Positions 25,834 to 39,145 of a stretch of DNA of 64,000 nucleotides are shown here, one piece after another (the first letter of the stretch is position 1; each line of letters starts with the position of its first letter). Source of the stretch: Octopus sinensis (lineage: Eukaryota); the NCBI RefSeq assembly GCF_006345805.1, contig NC_043001.1, positions 108,066,001-108,130,000 of the forward strand. The letters run 5' to 3'. Made by a program: the position numbers and the translations under genes. The notes under the pieces were generated by a model. The model was not told the DNA's origin. It saw only the letters and a program-made list of their open reading frames with translations, and searched no databases.

Positions 25834-27072
25834 GTCTTCATCAATTTGACCGACTCCGGAGAAACAAGCAACCAATCTGTTTATATACTCTACAATTACA
25901 TTCCGTATGTATATATCTATATACCTCAGCTATTAGCGACAGAAGCAGCGTTCGTAAAGAATATTAATTAGCGCATCCAACCTAAATTAGACGTGTCGTT
26001 CAATCAGCAACGTCTCAGCGATTTCTCAGTGATACCCGTGAGCGAATTTGATGATAGCCAGTGACTGGTCTCCCAGTCTGTTGCACCCAGTCTCTATCAC
26101 CCTCCTACTTTCTCTTTCTCTTTCTCCCCATCTCCCCCCCCTCTCTCTCTCTAAAAACCGCAAATCAAAGCAGATACATCTTTTATCTTTTACTTGTTTC
26201 AGTCATTTGACTGCGGCCATGCTGGGGCATCACCTTAAATTTTGTTGCGTCGAATGAATTGACCCTAGGACTTATTCTTTGTAAGCCTAGTACTTATTCT
26301 ATCAGTCTCTTTTGCCGAACTACTAAATTACGGGGACGTAAACGCACCAATACCAGTTGTTAAGTGGTGACAGGGAGAACAAAAACAGACACAAAGACAC
26401 ATACACACACCACACACGCACACATATATTATATATATATATACATATATATTATATTATATATTATATATATATATATTATATATTATATATTATATAT
26501 ATATAATATATATATATATATACACAACACAACACACAGACACACACATATGACAGGCTTCTTTAGTTTCAGTCTACCAATCCATTCACAAGGGCTTTGG
26601 TCGGCCCGAGGTTTTAAAGCAGAAGACACTAGCCCAAGGTGCCACGCAGTGGGACTGAACCGGAACCACGTGTTTGGGAAGCAAGCTTCTGATGAACAAC
26701 TACATATCATGTTAGAAAGCTTTTTTACTATAATCAACATTGCTTCATAGAGTCAACTCTTCGTTCTGTATTTATACTTTTGAATCAACCTTTCCTGGAT
26801 TTATCTATCGGACCGTTGAGTCCATATAAAATCACTTAACATTAAGATATTGATCTTTAAAGACGCAGCAGTGAATAATTTACCTACAAACAAATAAATA
26901 GACCTAACCATTCACCAACAAATTCAACACTATACCATATAGATTATATGTAGTAAAAGTAAAGCCATACATAATTTGTAATTCCCGATTCAAGCCTTTG
27001 CTATTATGTTAAACTGTCGTATGTCCAATTTTGGTCAAATACGTTTTTTTTTATTTAATATTTATTTTTGCT

Positions 27073-27480
27073 TAAGGGCGGCGAGCTGGCAGAATCGTTA
27101 GCACGTCGGGCGAAATGCCTAGCGGCATTTCGTCTGCGTTACGTTGTGAGTTCAAATTCCGCCGAGGTCGACTTTGCCTTTCATCCTTTCGGGGTCGATA
27201 AATTAAGTACCAGTCACGCACTGGGGTCGATGTAATCGACTTAATACCTATGTCTGTCCTTGTTTGTCCCCTCTGTGTTAAGCCCCTTGTGGGTAATAAA
27301 GAAATAGGTATTTCATCTGCTGTTAAGTTCTGAGTTCAAATTCCGCCGAGATCGACTTTCTGGATCGATTAGATAAGTACCAGTTATGCACTGGAGTCGA
27401 TATAATCGACTTAATCCCTTTGTCTGTCCTTGTTTGTCCCCTTTATGTTTACCCCCCCCCCTTCATGTTGGCAATAAAGA
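27073..27480 (+). mobile_element. SINE family Y, 2 units
   Basis: Head plus repeated unit. Confidence 0.83.
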
Positions 27481-27839
27481 AATTAATATTTATTTTTGTT
27501 TGCAACAGCCGGTTCTTTTGGTCAAACTATCGTATCTCCAGCTGCTTCAAATGTCAAGATATCAAAAATTGTCAAAGTGTAGTACAACGGTTTTGCTATG
27601 GAATGGTGAAACTATTGTTTCCTTTTCTGAAAAAGCAACGTTTTGGACTTACGACATTTTTGCATAATAGCAACGATCTGTAGTCTACATAAAGAATAGA
27701 TGATAGCAAAAGCTGAAGTAACACATCTTATACTCTCTAATAAATTTGTATTTATTATATACTTCAAAAGTACAGAACTTTAAAATGTATTTGCCAACAA
27801 GCCACTAAACTCTAAAACGTCCTCAACCAGGAAACCTCT

Positions 27840-28170
27840 GAACTACCGGCTCGGGCTCTGCTGCTAGTCAGGTCAAGAAGGGCAAACTGTCAAAGTATCA
27901 ATAGCTCTCTGACAGGTTTGTAGCCGGGTCTGAGACGGTGCAGACTTCAGGCGTTCTAGGCTCTCCCATCCTCGACCACATCCCAGCTCACTGCGATCGG
28001 GGCGGAAATGACTATCTGCAAGTGCGAGACCCGTGAATCAGAGTGACTGTTTCAATGCATCTTCCTGGCTATCCTCTGGGGCAACGCCTTTTCCATTTTG
28101 TCTGCGGACAGACAATAAGGCGGACGGACAAGCCTGTTTATATAATCCTCTGTCCTGAGAAAGAGGGAAA
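27840..28170 (+). mobile_element. Possible Tx1/L1 ORF2 C-terminal remnant
   Basis: GC-richer island with a LSKY..L.DRFV and HC.R.C-like Cys motif across frameshifts; weak. Confidence 0.35.
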
Positions 28171-28574
28171 ATATAATTAACGCAGGCCCGTTCATTAAAT
28201 TTAGAAAACTATTTCATTAAGCACTATGAAACAAATGCTAAAAATAAACAGAACGACCCCAGCTCGTGTCGACTGAACAAACCTCAAATGACCAGTATCC
28301 AATATAATTTTTTAATTCATACGCAAAAATGAAAGGCAATCCTTGGATTGAACGAATTACTACTACATTTTGTTTCTCCTACGGACCAAGAATATGCATT
28401 AAGCAGTCACTGCGATGCATCATGTAATGTAAACGAGTCTCAACAATAACCATTTCAGGACATAAAAAACAACCAATTTAATAATTAGCGGAGAGAATTT
28501 CCAGTGCGGCAATAGCGTCATGGTTATTCAGATATCACTACCAACGTCATGCGTTGATATTAGAAATTGTTACA

Positions 28575-28721
28575 GGCTGTGTGGTAAGTAGCTTGCTTAC
28601 CAACCACATGGTTCCGGGTTCAGTCCCACTGCGTGGTACCTTGGGCAAGTGTTTTCTACTATAGCTAGGGCCGACCAAAGCCTTTGTGAGTGGATTTAGT
28701 AGATGGAAACTGAAAGAAGTA

Positions 28722-28755
<34 letters not shown>

Positions 28756-28990
28756 TATATATTATATTATATATTATCGGCGTATTTGTGTGTCTGTGTT
28801 TGTCCCCCTCCACCATCGCTTGACAACCGATGCTGGTGTGTTTACATCCCCGTAACTTAGCGGTTCGGCAAAAGAGACCGATAGAATAAGTACTAGGCCT
28901 ACAAACAATAAGTCCTGGCGTCGATTTGGTCGACTAAAGGCGGTGCTCCAGCATGGCCACAGTCACATGACTGAAACAAGTAAAAGAGTA
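28575..28990 (+). mobile_element. SINE family X
   Basis: Matches 24934-25340. Confidence 0.85.
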
Positions 28991-29001
28991 AACTATGTAT
29001 A

Positions 29002-29239
29002 CAATATTCTCTCGACTATCGCAAGTGCTACGTTCCAAAAAAACCCGCGATACGTGAAAATCCGCGAAGAAGAAACAGTGCTATATTCTTTATATTTTTA
29101 TTATAACTTTTATAATTTGTACATATTTATTTTGTTATAATTGCAAAAAAACACCACTGAGGAATCGACGTAAGTTTAGATAATAAACCGCGATAGGTGA
29201 ATCGCGATAAGTGAACCGTGATATGGCGAGGGATTACTA
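29002..29239 (-). mobile_element. Tigger/pogo-like MITE
   Basis: Same terminal sequences as 59877-60377, reversed. Confidence 0.6.
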
Positions 29240-29254
29240 TATCACTTTCACTCT

Positions 29255-29650
29255 TTTACTCTTTTACTTTTTTCAGTCATTTGACTGTGTCATGCCGGAG
29301 CACCGCTTTAGTCGAGCAAATTGACCCCAGGACTTATTCTTTGTAAGCCTAGTACTTATTCTATCGGTCTCTTTTGCCGAACCGCTAAGTTACGGGGACG
29401 TAAACACACCAGCATCGGTTGTCAAGCGCTGGTGGGGGGACAAACACAGATACTAAAACATATACACACACACATACATATATATACACATATATACGAC
29501 AGGCTTCTTTCAGTTTCCGTCTACCAAATCCATTCACAAGGCTTTGGTCGGCCCGAGGCTATAGTAAAAGACACTTGCCCAAGGTACCACGCAGTGGGAC
29601 TGAACCCGAAACCATGTGGTTCGTAAGCAAGCTACTTACCACACAGCCAC
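29255..29650 (-). mobile_element. SINE family X
   Basis: Reverse complement match. Confidence 0.85.
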
Positions 29651-29756
29651 AATGGTGGCATTAAGAAAAGGTGGGTGCGCGCACACAACATACACAGTGG
29701 TATGATTTGTGTATGTTTATGTATGTATGTATGAATGTATGTATGTATGTATGTAT

Positions 29757-29877
29757 GTTAGTTAGTTAATTTTTTGGCTCAAAAAGCAAAAAGCAAGGCC
29801 ATGTAGGGGGACATGGAGTTATGTACAGGGTGGTGTTCATGTTAAGAGTTCAGGCCACTTGAGGTCAAGGGAGACTT
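29757..29877 (-). mobile_element. CR1 3' terminal fragment
   Basis: Near-identical to about 35580-35707. Confidence 0.75.
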
Positions 29878-29959
29878 TGTATGTATGTATGTATGTATGT
29901 ATGTATGTATGTATGTATGTATGTATGTATGTATGTATGTATGTATGTATGTATGTATG
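29877..29959. repeat. (TATG)n microsatellite
   Basis: Directly visible. Confidence 0.95.
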
Positions 29960-30159
29960 TTTGTTTGCTGCTGTAGTGAATGGGGACAGCTTGGTCTGCA
30001 AGGTTTGCAGTAGTGTATGCTTGTCAAGGGCAGGGCTCGTTAGTCTCCAACGGAGCAGCAAATGCAAAATATAAGTTAGCCCTAGAGCGCACAATGTTCA
30101 TGAAGCTCAGCAATAATGGTTTTCCTCGATCACGAGTGGACGGCCATCATCATCATCAT

Positions 30160-30588
30160 CATACTCTTTTACTCTTTTACTTGTTTCAGTCATTTGACTG
30201 CGGGCCATGCTGGAGCACCGCCCTTTAGTCGAGCAGATCGACCCCGGGACTTATTCTTTGTAGGCCTAGTACTTATTCTCTTTGCCCGCCACGCTAAGTG
30301 ATGGGGACGTAAACACACCAGCATCGGTTGTCAGCAACTAGAGGGACAAACACAGACACACAAACATATACCACACAAACATATACACCCACATACATAT
30401 ATATAATATATACATATATACGACAAGCTTTCTTTCAGTTTCCGTCTACCAAATCCCTCACAAGGCTTTGGTCGGGGCCCGAGGCTATAGCAGAAGACAC
30501 TTGCTCAAGATGCCACGCAGTGGGGGACTGAACCCGGAACCATGTGTTGTTTAGCAAGCTACTTACCCACAGCCACACCTGCGCCTAT
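30160..30588 (-). mobile_element. SINE family X
   Basis: Reverse complement match. Confidence 0.83.
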
Positions 30589-30603
30589 TATAATATATAT
30601 ATA

Positions 30604-31675
30604 TAATAATACGTATTATATTAGGGCTCAGTAAAATAATTTACTTTGCCACATACTGAAATTTTTAGAAATAGCAGCCAAAAAGTTTTTTAGCCATTTC
30701 TACTACTTTAAGAAGAAGTCTCCCAGATAGTATTTACTCAAAAGTACTCACGTAGATATGGAGGGAAAACAGAAAATATCACATGTAACAAGATTAATTG
30801 AGAACGCTCAGTTTCTAGATTAGCCGAATTAAATTCGACATTTCTTTCGTCAGCTCAACATTTCTGTAATTTGGATTTGAAGCACTAAAAAAAATGAACA
30901 TACCCGGCCGACAAAAATCTCCTCAGACAAACATCTTCAAACTGCCAGTGCCAGCGAATTCAAACAGTACGAGTGAAGATTTATGCTCTTCCCGCTTCCG
31001 CGAATTCAAACATTTTGAATACGCCTTGAATGGTCCTTTTACATACTGAACACTACTTGGTGAAATTAATTAATAACTAATTGATTTTACCCTTAATTAT
31101 TGATAATACAATTCTTTTCTCCTTGTTCTTTTACTGCGGTTCTCACCTTTACTATCTGTTTACTCTGTAACTAACTCACGTGGATGGAAGCGGGAAGAGC
31201 ATAAATCTTCACTCGTACTGTTTGAATTCGCTGGCACTGGCAGTTTGAAGATGTTTGTCTGAGGAGATTTTTGTCGGACGGGTATGTTCATTTTTTTTAG
31301 TGCTTTCAAATCCAAATTAAGAAATGTTGAGCTGACGAAAGAAATGTCGAATTTAATTCGGCTAATCTAGAAACGTGAGCGTTCTCAATTAATCTTTGTA
31401 CATGTGATATTTTTCTGTTTTCCCTCCATATCTTCGTGAGTTACTTTTGAGTAAATACTATCTGGGAGACTTTTCTTAAAGTAGTGGAAATGGCTAAAAA
31501 AACTTTTTGGCTGCTATTTCTAAAAATTTCAGTATGTGGCAAAGTAAATTATTTTACTGAGGCCTAATTATATAACGTAATATTTTGAATACGCCTTGAA
31601 TGGTCCTTTTACATACTGAACACTACTTGGTGAAATTAATTAATAAATAATTGATTTTACCCTTAATTATTGATA
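30604..31675. mobile_element. Large fold-back HHR element: inverted arm + 570-bp unit + 94-bp direct repeat
   Basis: Arms about 30604-30999 and 31186-31585 are reverse complements with about a dozen differences. 31012-31105 is repeated at 31582-31675 (one mismatch). Flanked by TA-rich tracts. Confidence 0.85.
31326..31389 (+). ncRNA. Type I hammerhead motif within large fold-back element (family H12)
   Basis: GTTGAG-CTGACGA-[long stem II with GTCGAAT/ATTCGGC and AGA/TCT]-GAAACG(tgag)CGTT-CTCAAT: stem I 6 bp, stem III 3 bp + tetraloop, GUU triplet. Mirror copy at 30797-30859 (-) lacks one stem III base. Confidence 0.7.
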
Positions 31676-31691
31676 TATTATATATATATAT

Positions 31692-32205
31692 ATGTAGGCA
31701 TGACAGGTCTCGATTATTCGGACCGCCTTAAAGCAATGAAACTCTACTCTCTCCAGTGTCGCCGCGAGCGGTACATCATTTGTACGATGTGGAGAATATA
31801 CCGCCAGCATTGCCCAATCGACCTGAACATTAGTTTTAAGGTTCATCCAAGGCTGGGACCACGAGCCATACGTCCCCTGCCCAATTCAGGATCACAACAT
31901 ATTGGTACACTGCAACATAATTTCTTTTCCTCAACAGGCCCTGCCCTGTTTAACATTGTCCCATAACTGATTAAAGCGGAAAAGGATCCCATCACCTTTA
32001 AAGGGAGTTTGGACAGATTTCTTCAAGGAATACCAGACAAGCTACCCATACCTGGATACAACTCACTCAACAAGAACTCACTACTTGAATGGACCATAAA
32101 CAAAAGTTGACTTGAACGGGATTTAGATAATCCTATCAGGAAGTGCTATGAAACTCGATATTGCCTGGACCAATCTCTCGTCGAAGCATATCTAAGTTTT
32201 ATCTA

Positions 32206-32208
<3 letters not shown>
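31692..32208 (+). mobile_element. CR1-like LINE 3' end
   Basis: LDYSDRLKAMKLYSLQCRRER...GPALFNIVP...SLLEW followed by a short 3' UTR. Confidence 0.8.
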
Positions 32209-32252
<44 letters not shown>

Positions 32253-32615
32253 TATACATGCATATACATACATGTATACATATATATGTGGTGCACATGT
32301 GTCAATACAAATATCAAGTATGTATACGTATGCATATATACGTTTATAAATTTGTGTTGCGAGATTACTGATGTAAAACCGTGTGTTGAAACAGATATTG
32401 TTATATTTTGGGATGGTCATACGAACAGTGTACTGGGAAAACCCATATACACACACATAAGCACACATGTGAAACAGCGTTGAACAACCTAACTAGATTT
32501 TCGACTCTTATTAAGGTCTAATACATAAACATATACATACATTTATGTGTGTTTGTGTGTGTGTGAGTGTGTGTGTGTGTGAGTGTGTGTGTGTATGTGT
32601 GTGTGTGTGTATGTG

Positions 32616-32669
<54 letters not shown>

Positions 32670-33004
32670 TGTGTCAGTACATATGTATACAATTTTGTAT
32701 TTTAACTACAGCATTAGACCATTTTAGCTCGTATTTCTAGTAACGTAGTGTTCTAACACCTAAGTCACATTTAGTGACAGTTATAGTTTACTTTTTGGTA
32801 AAACTTTGCACATGGCTGTTTATATTAAGTTTTTGTACACACATTAGCAATTCGCTAAATCAACCATAGATTTTTATAATGAATACTATTAGTCCCTACT
32901 AATGAGGCTACGGAATTAGCCGAAACCAACTGATCGTGAAATTCCCTATACTGACTGGTCGGTTTCGGTTATATATATATATACATACATACATACATCA
33001 TACA

Positions 33005-33037
<33 letters not shown>

Positions 33038-33068
33038 GCATGTATGTATTCACACACACATACATCCA

Positions 33069-33107
<39 letters not shown>

Positions 33108-33142
33108 TATTATATATATATATATAATATATAATATTATAT

Positions 33143-33341
33143 GTAGGTCCGGGTTGATTCGGGGTTAACCACAGTAAATAAGGTACTCATACATAGCAGA
33201 GTAAAATTAATTTATTATATAGAAGGAGCTTCTACAGGACTAGAACTGTTTCATTCAAGAGAATCTTCAGGAAGTGCTTCCTGAAGATTTCTCTTGAATG
33301 AAACAGTTCTAGTCCTGTAGAAGCTCCTTCTATATAATAAA
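33143..33341. mobile_element. Fold-back HHR element family H9
   Basis: Near-perfect palindrome 33211-33341 with a unique one-sided extension tgtaggtccggg..., shared with 60454-60591. Confidence 0.8.
33276..33324 (+). ncRNA. Type I hammerhead motif (family H9)
   Basis: GCTTC-CTGAAGA-TTTC(tctt)GAAT-GAAACAG(ttctagtc)CTGTA-GAAGC: stem I 5 bp, stem III 4 bp, GUA triplet, U-U at 10.1/11.1. Mirror copy at about 33228-33275 (-). Confidence 0.68.
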
Positions 33342-33368
33342 TATATATATATATTATATATATATATT

Positions 33369-33440
<72 letters not shown>

Positions 33441-33464
33441 AGGTTTGGAGATGATGAACAGGTA

Positions 33465-33670
33465 CTATATATTAGAACAAATGAGGTACTCAGATATCGG
33501 ATGGTTTATATTTACAGATATTTATTTGTATATTACATTTTTTATATATATATATCATATCACTTAGATCATTAGCGCTTTCTATATATATATAAAAATG
33601 TAATATACAAATAAATATCTGTAAATATAAACCATCCGATTTTCTGAGTACCTCATTTCTTCTAATATAT
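33465..33670. mobile_element. Fold-back element (H8-related tail)
   Basis: About 90-bp inverted arms (aaatgaggtactcaga...); single copy of the same sequence at about 23757-23830. Confidence 0.65.
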
Positions 33671-34199
33671 AATGTATATATATATAGTTAAAATTTATAG
33701 TAAAACAAAACAACGAAGACAGGTGTATGAACAAGAAGCAGGTACATTAGTTTGACCCTTGGTAAAGTGAAAAAGTCTTTTACGCTTGAGCCTACGTTCT
33801 TCAATAGAAAAGAATAAAATAAAATAAACATTTTAACATCTGTTAAAATGTATTTTACTATGTCGTACGTAACGAAATCGCAAACACATACACACACACT
33901 TACAGACACATACACACTGATATACAAAATGCAACGTCGTCGTCGTCGTCGTCGTGGTATCAAAGGTCCTTTACTATTGTTGATTATAGAAATATTATTT
34001 TAGATAAAATTTTATATTGCTTTAATCCAAATGAAAATAAAAATTGCGTGTTGAAACTCACGGGGTGTAATACTATTACCTTGTAAAATTTGATTTGATT
34101 TGGTGGAGCCGTTTGAAAATGCATAGGGAACAGACAGACAAAGAATTTTATATAGAGAGAGGTAGATAATATAATATGATATTATATATATATATATAT

Positions 34200-34622
34200 A
34201 TAGGCGCAGGAGTGGCTGTGTGATAAGTAGCTTGCTTACGAACCACATGGTTCCGGGTTCAGTCCCACTGGCACCTTGGGTAAGTGTCTTCTACTATAGC
34301 CTCGGCCCGATCAAACCCTTTTGAGTGGATTTGGTAGACGGAAACTGAAAAGAAGCCCGTCGTATATATGTATATATATATGTGTGTGTGTGTGTGTGTG
34401 CGTGTGTGTGTATGTTTGTGTGTCTGTGTTCGTCCCCACAACATCGCTTGACAACGGATGCTGGTTTGTTTACGTCCCCGTAACTTAGCAGTTCGGCAAA
34501 AGAGAACGATAGAATAACTTATAAGCTTACAAAGAATAAGTCCTGCGGTCGATTTGCTCGACTAAAGGCGGTGCTCCAGCATGGCCGCAGTCAAATGACT
34601 GAAACAAATAAAAGAGTAAAAA
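34200..34622 (+). mobile_element. SINE family X
   Basis: Matches 24934-25340. Confidence 0.85.
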
Positions 34623-34909
34623 GAATATATATATATAGTAAATAAAAAAATAAACGAAGAACAAATACAAAAGAAAAACAACAAGGCGAGGACGTGGTGC
34701 ATGTAAGGTATTAGCAGACGCTCAGGGAAGGAAAGAAAGGTGGTTTAATGTTTCTTCTTCGGAAACAGAGGAATGTCCAATAGAAAAGGAAGACGGAGGA
34801 AGAAAATCGCCAACGATTAAAAATTATAGAATAACGAAGGTGTTTATAATTTTCACATTTTGCTGAATCCTCCATTGATTTATATACATATATGTATATA
34901 TATATATAT

Positions 34910-34961
<52 letters not shown>

Positions 34962-35579
34962 CTATATACCTAAGTATGAAAACATGCATAAGTGAGGGTG
35001 TATTTATGTGTCTACGTGTGTTTTCTTAAAGCCATGATCGACATACGATTACTCCTTTGTGTGTGAATGTGTGCGTGCGCCCGCCCGCGTATGTATGTAT
35101 GTGGTAGTGGTGGCGAGGAGGGGATAAACGCAAACGCATGCGTTTTTTCATAAACAGCATATTTTTGTGGGGCTAAACACAGAGGGGACAAACAAGGACA
35201 AACAAACGGATTACATCGACCCCAGTGCGTAACTGGTACTTATTTAATCGACCCCGAAAGGATGAAAGGCAAAGTCGACCTCGGCGGAATTTGAACTCGG
35301 AACGTAGCGACAGACGAAATACGGCTACGCATTTCGCCCGCCGTGCTAACGACTCTGCCAGCTCGCCGCCTTAATGAACTGGAATATAATGATCTGCATA
35401 CTGCATACAAAATTATCCAAACAATCCACAAGCTTAAACGTATGAAACAAAAAATAAAACGAAGTCTAAGTGTTTCAGCGACTCCGAGAGGCGAAATAGC
35501 AGTAGATTCATACAACTTGGTGTCGTTAAATATTGACTTCAAATTTTGACACGAGGCCAGCAATTTCGAGGGAGATGGT

Positions 35580-36127
35580 TAGTTGGTTAGTTAGTTAATT
35601 ATTTGGCTCAAAAAGCAAAAAGCAAGGCCATGTAGGGGGACATGGAGTTATGTACAGGGTGGTGTTCATGTAAAGAGTTCAGGCCACTTGTGGTCAAGGG
35701 AGACTTTGAACCGAGCGGTCGTCTGCATCTTCACTATCTCGTCCGGCAGCTTATTCCACGGAACCGCAACCCGGATGGAGAAAGCCCCTCTCCTTCGATT
35801 GAGATGAAATCGTCGCAGATAGAGCTTTTCGGAGTGACCCCGCAACCGACGTTCTGGAGCAGGAGTGAAGAACAGCTCTTTCGAGAGGTTACACCTTCCG
35901 CTTATGATGTTGTGAGCAAGAATGAGATCACCACGGCGTCGTCGTTTTTCTAGAGAATAAAGTCGAGCGTCATCAGCCTTTCTTCATAAGACAAATTCTT
36001 GAGACCAAGAACCATGCGGGTAGCCAGCTTCTGGACTCTTTCGAGATGCTGTATGTCTTTGAGGAGATAAGGAGAAGAGGCTTGAATCCCGTACTCTAAT
36101 ATGGGTCTCACCAGCGTGACATAGAGA
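35580..36127 (-). mobile_element. CR1 LINE 3' end
   Basis: LYVTLVRPILEYG...LERVQKLATR...LSYEERL...RRRRGDLI...RGH..KL...WNKLP, then a (TAAC)n-like tail. The same 3' end is at 29757-29877. Confidence 0.85.
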
Positions 36128-36690
36128 TAAATTGATTACATCGACCCCAGTACTTGATTTGAACTCAGAACGTGAAGATGAACGAAATGCGCTAAGCATT
36201 TCACCCGTCATACTAGCGATTCTGCCGGCCCGCCACCTTAGGTGTCGTTAATTATTGTACATCATTCATCGAATGCTTTCTTTTAAAAGTTATTCACTTA
36301 GGAGGACCACTATTGGACATTACACAGGACGAATGCACGTATGTATGTAAAGTTTATTCCAACCACCTTACTATTCGTCACTCTATTAAGTTTTCACTAA
36401 CTCTACTCACTCTTCAAATCTCCTGAGGTCAAACTTTGCCTTTCATCCTTTCGAGGTTGTTTAAAAAAAAGAACAAGAACGAATTCAGTGCGGTGCACTG
36501 GTGGGCGGAACTGTAAAGAATTCCTTGCGATATTTGTCCGGTTCTCTGCGAGTTGCCTACATAAGCACTTAAAATAATTGGCGGAATCGTGGCACCTGTT
36601 ACCAAGTCATATCCGTCGATGTGTGACAGTTGGCCGTACTGTAAACTTCCTACCTTACAGAGATTGAATTGATGTTATGATAACAATCCG

Positions 36691-37085
36691 TTCTACTCTG
36701 GGCACAAGGCCTGAAATTTTGGGGGACAAGGAAAGTCTATTTTATCGACTGCAGTACTTGAGTGGTATTTAATTTATCGACCCCAAAAGGATGAAAGGGT
36801 AAGTCGACCTCGGCGGAATTTGAACTCAGAACGTAGCGGCAGACGAAATACCTATTTCTTTACTGCACACAAGGGGCTAAACACAGAGGGGATAAACAAG
36901 GACAGACAAACGGATTAAGTCGATTATATCGACCCCAGTGCGTAACTAGTACTTAATTTATCGACCCCGAGGGGATGAAAGGCAAAGTCGACCTCGGCGG
37001 AATTTGAACTCAGAACGTAACGAAAGACGAAATACCAGTAAGCATTTCCCCCGGCGTGCTAACGTTTCTGCAACCTCGCCGCCTT
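36691..37085 (-). mobile_element. SINE family Y, 2 units + tail
   Basis: Reverse complement match. Other copies at about 4375, 7270, 35165 (-) and 8524, 21850, 41704, 47815, 49915, 61722 (+). Confidence 0.83.
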
Positions 37086-38295
37086 TGATGTTATAATAAT
37101 TCGTATTCCATCCATTCATCCATCCTATCTACCCACCTTTCCTGAGAGGGTCAATGGCATAGACTCTTCAAGCACCTTCTTCATAGCGTCCTTCAGAAGC
37201 AACCATCCATTACGCTTTCCAACTGGATTTCCAACCATGACCAGCTCAGACTATCAATATTATCCAGTCGTCTCGTTCTTGGTTTTTCTCTTAGGTATCT
37301 TGCGAGTCTTTCCTGCGTCTTTCTAATCACATGTCCATAATACTGGAGTCGCGATCTCTCAATGCCTTCTTTTATTTGATGTATTAGTGTAGATTTCCAT
37401 TTCTAATGTTGGTACGAGGCCATATTTGAAATAATATAAACTTTTTAACATTTTCTTCTGTGTCTTTCCGTTCTGAATTAAATCCCACTCTTCTGGTTCT
37501 GAAACCCTGCAAATAATAACTTAATACAACATGGTATTTAGCCGTGCATACCACATGACCTGCAACTCCACTGCTGTGTAAATGGTAATGAAATCTAAAA
37601 TATAACGCAGCCATAAAAACTCTGTAGGGCTCAACCAATTACGGTTGATTTTCTTTCTTCTGTCCCAATTTATATCGTCTTTAAACAGTTTTATAGTCTT
37701 TCCTACGAATATTTATGCAATTTACTTTGCGAATTATGCAATAGAAACAGCTGTATAGTAAAATGTGACAAACTTAATGATGAGTCGTAAAAGTTGAGCT
37801 TTTCGTCTAGAAAAAATCCTTTTAGAAATGTATTGTGTTAAAAACAAAAAGAACAGTATACTTCAGAGTGATGGAACGAAATCGCCCCAGAAGTAACCAC
37901 AAGGTGCATATATCGTCATTGTTGCGGCTTCTCAATTTCACGGACTCGTGTCATTTTCGAACCGATATAGAGTCCTAAAATATTGGGTTGTTTCTTTCAA
38001 GCCTTGTACATATTCTATCCCTTTTGCCAAAACGCTAAATTACAGGAACGTAAACAAACCACCACCGGTTGTCAAGCAGTGGTGGGGGTCAAACACAAAC
38101 ACAAATACACGCACGCACGCACGCATACACACACACAGTTTCCGTCTACCAAATCCACTCAAGGCTTTGGTCGGTGGGGGGCTATTTTAGCGGACACTTG
38201 CCCAAAGTACCATAGTGTGAGACTGAACCCGGAATCATGTGGTTGAGAAGCAAACTTCTTACCACACAGCCACGCCTAAACAATACGTATATTAA

Positions 38296-39057
38296 GCCTT
38301 TCTACTATAGGCACAAGGTCTGAAAATTTGGGGGTGGGGACCAGTCGATTAGCTCGACCCCAGTACGCAACTGGGACTTAATTATCGATCCCGAAAGAAT
38401 GAAAGGCAAAGTCACCTCGACAGAATTTGAACTCAGAACATAGCAATGAACAAAATACCTATTTCTTTACTACCCACAAGGGGCTAAACACAGAGGGGAT
38501 AAACAAGGACAGACAAACGGATTAAGTCGATTATATCGACCCCAGTGCGTAAATGGTACTTATTTAATCGATCCCGAAAGAATGAAAGGCAAAGTCAACC
38601 TCGACAGAATTTGAACTCAGAACATAGCAATGGACAAAATACCTATTTCTTTATTGCCCACAAGGGGCTAAACACAGAGGGGACGAACAAGGACAGACAA
38701 ACGGATTAAGTCGATTATATCGACCCCAGTGCGTAAATGGTACTTATTTAATCGACCCCCTAAAGGATGAAATGCAAAGTCGACCTCAGCAGAATTTGAA
38801 CACAGAACATAGCAATGAACAAAATACCTATTTCTTTACTACCCACAAGGGGCTAAACACAGAGGGGACAAACAAGGACAGACAAACGGATTAAGTCGAT
38901 TATATCGACCCCAGTGCGTAAATGGTACTTATTTAATCGACCCCGAAAGGATGAAAGGCAAAGTCGACCTCGGCGGAATTTGAACTCAGAACGTAACCGC
39001 AGACGAAATACCGCTAAGCATTTCGCCCAGCATGCTAACGTTTCTGCCAGTTCGCCG
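38296..39057 (-). mobile_element. SINE family Y with internal tandem array (period about 184 bp, about 3.5 units)
   Basis: cgaccccagt recurs at 38355, 38537, 38721 and 38906; head at about 38990-39057, tail at 38296-38354. Confidence 0.88.
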
Positions 39058-39145
39058 TATGTATGTATATGTGTATTAATAACGAAATGTGAGGTGCTCT
39101 GTGACTGTTTCTGAAAGTATAAGTCTGATTGAATCTAAGCTTAAT

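Noticed and set aside
34735-34770. Hammerhead in third H2 copy
   Set aside because: Helix II is deleted. Its CCGA core, shared with 23490, means the H2 ancestral core may be CCGANGA, and the canonical-looking 54217 copy could be a CpG-decay product.
38355-39000. CRISPR-like or independent satellite array
   Set aside because: Contiguous about 184-bp units with no unique spacers, embedded between a SINE head and tail in eukaryotic DNA.
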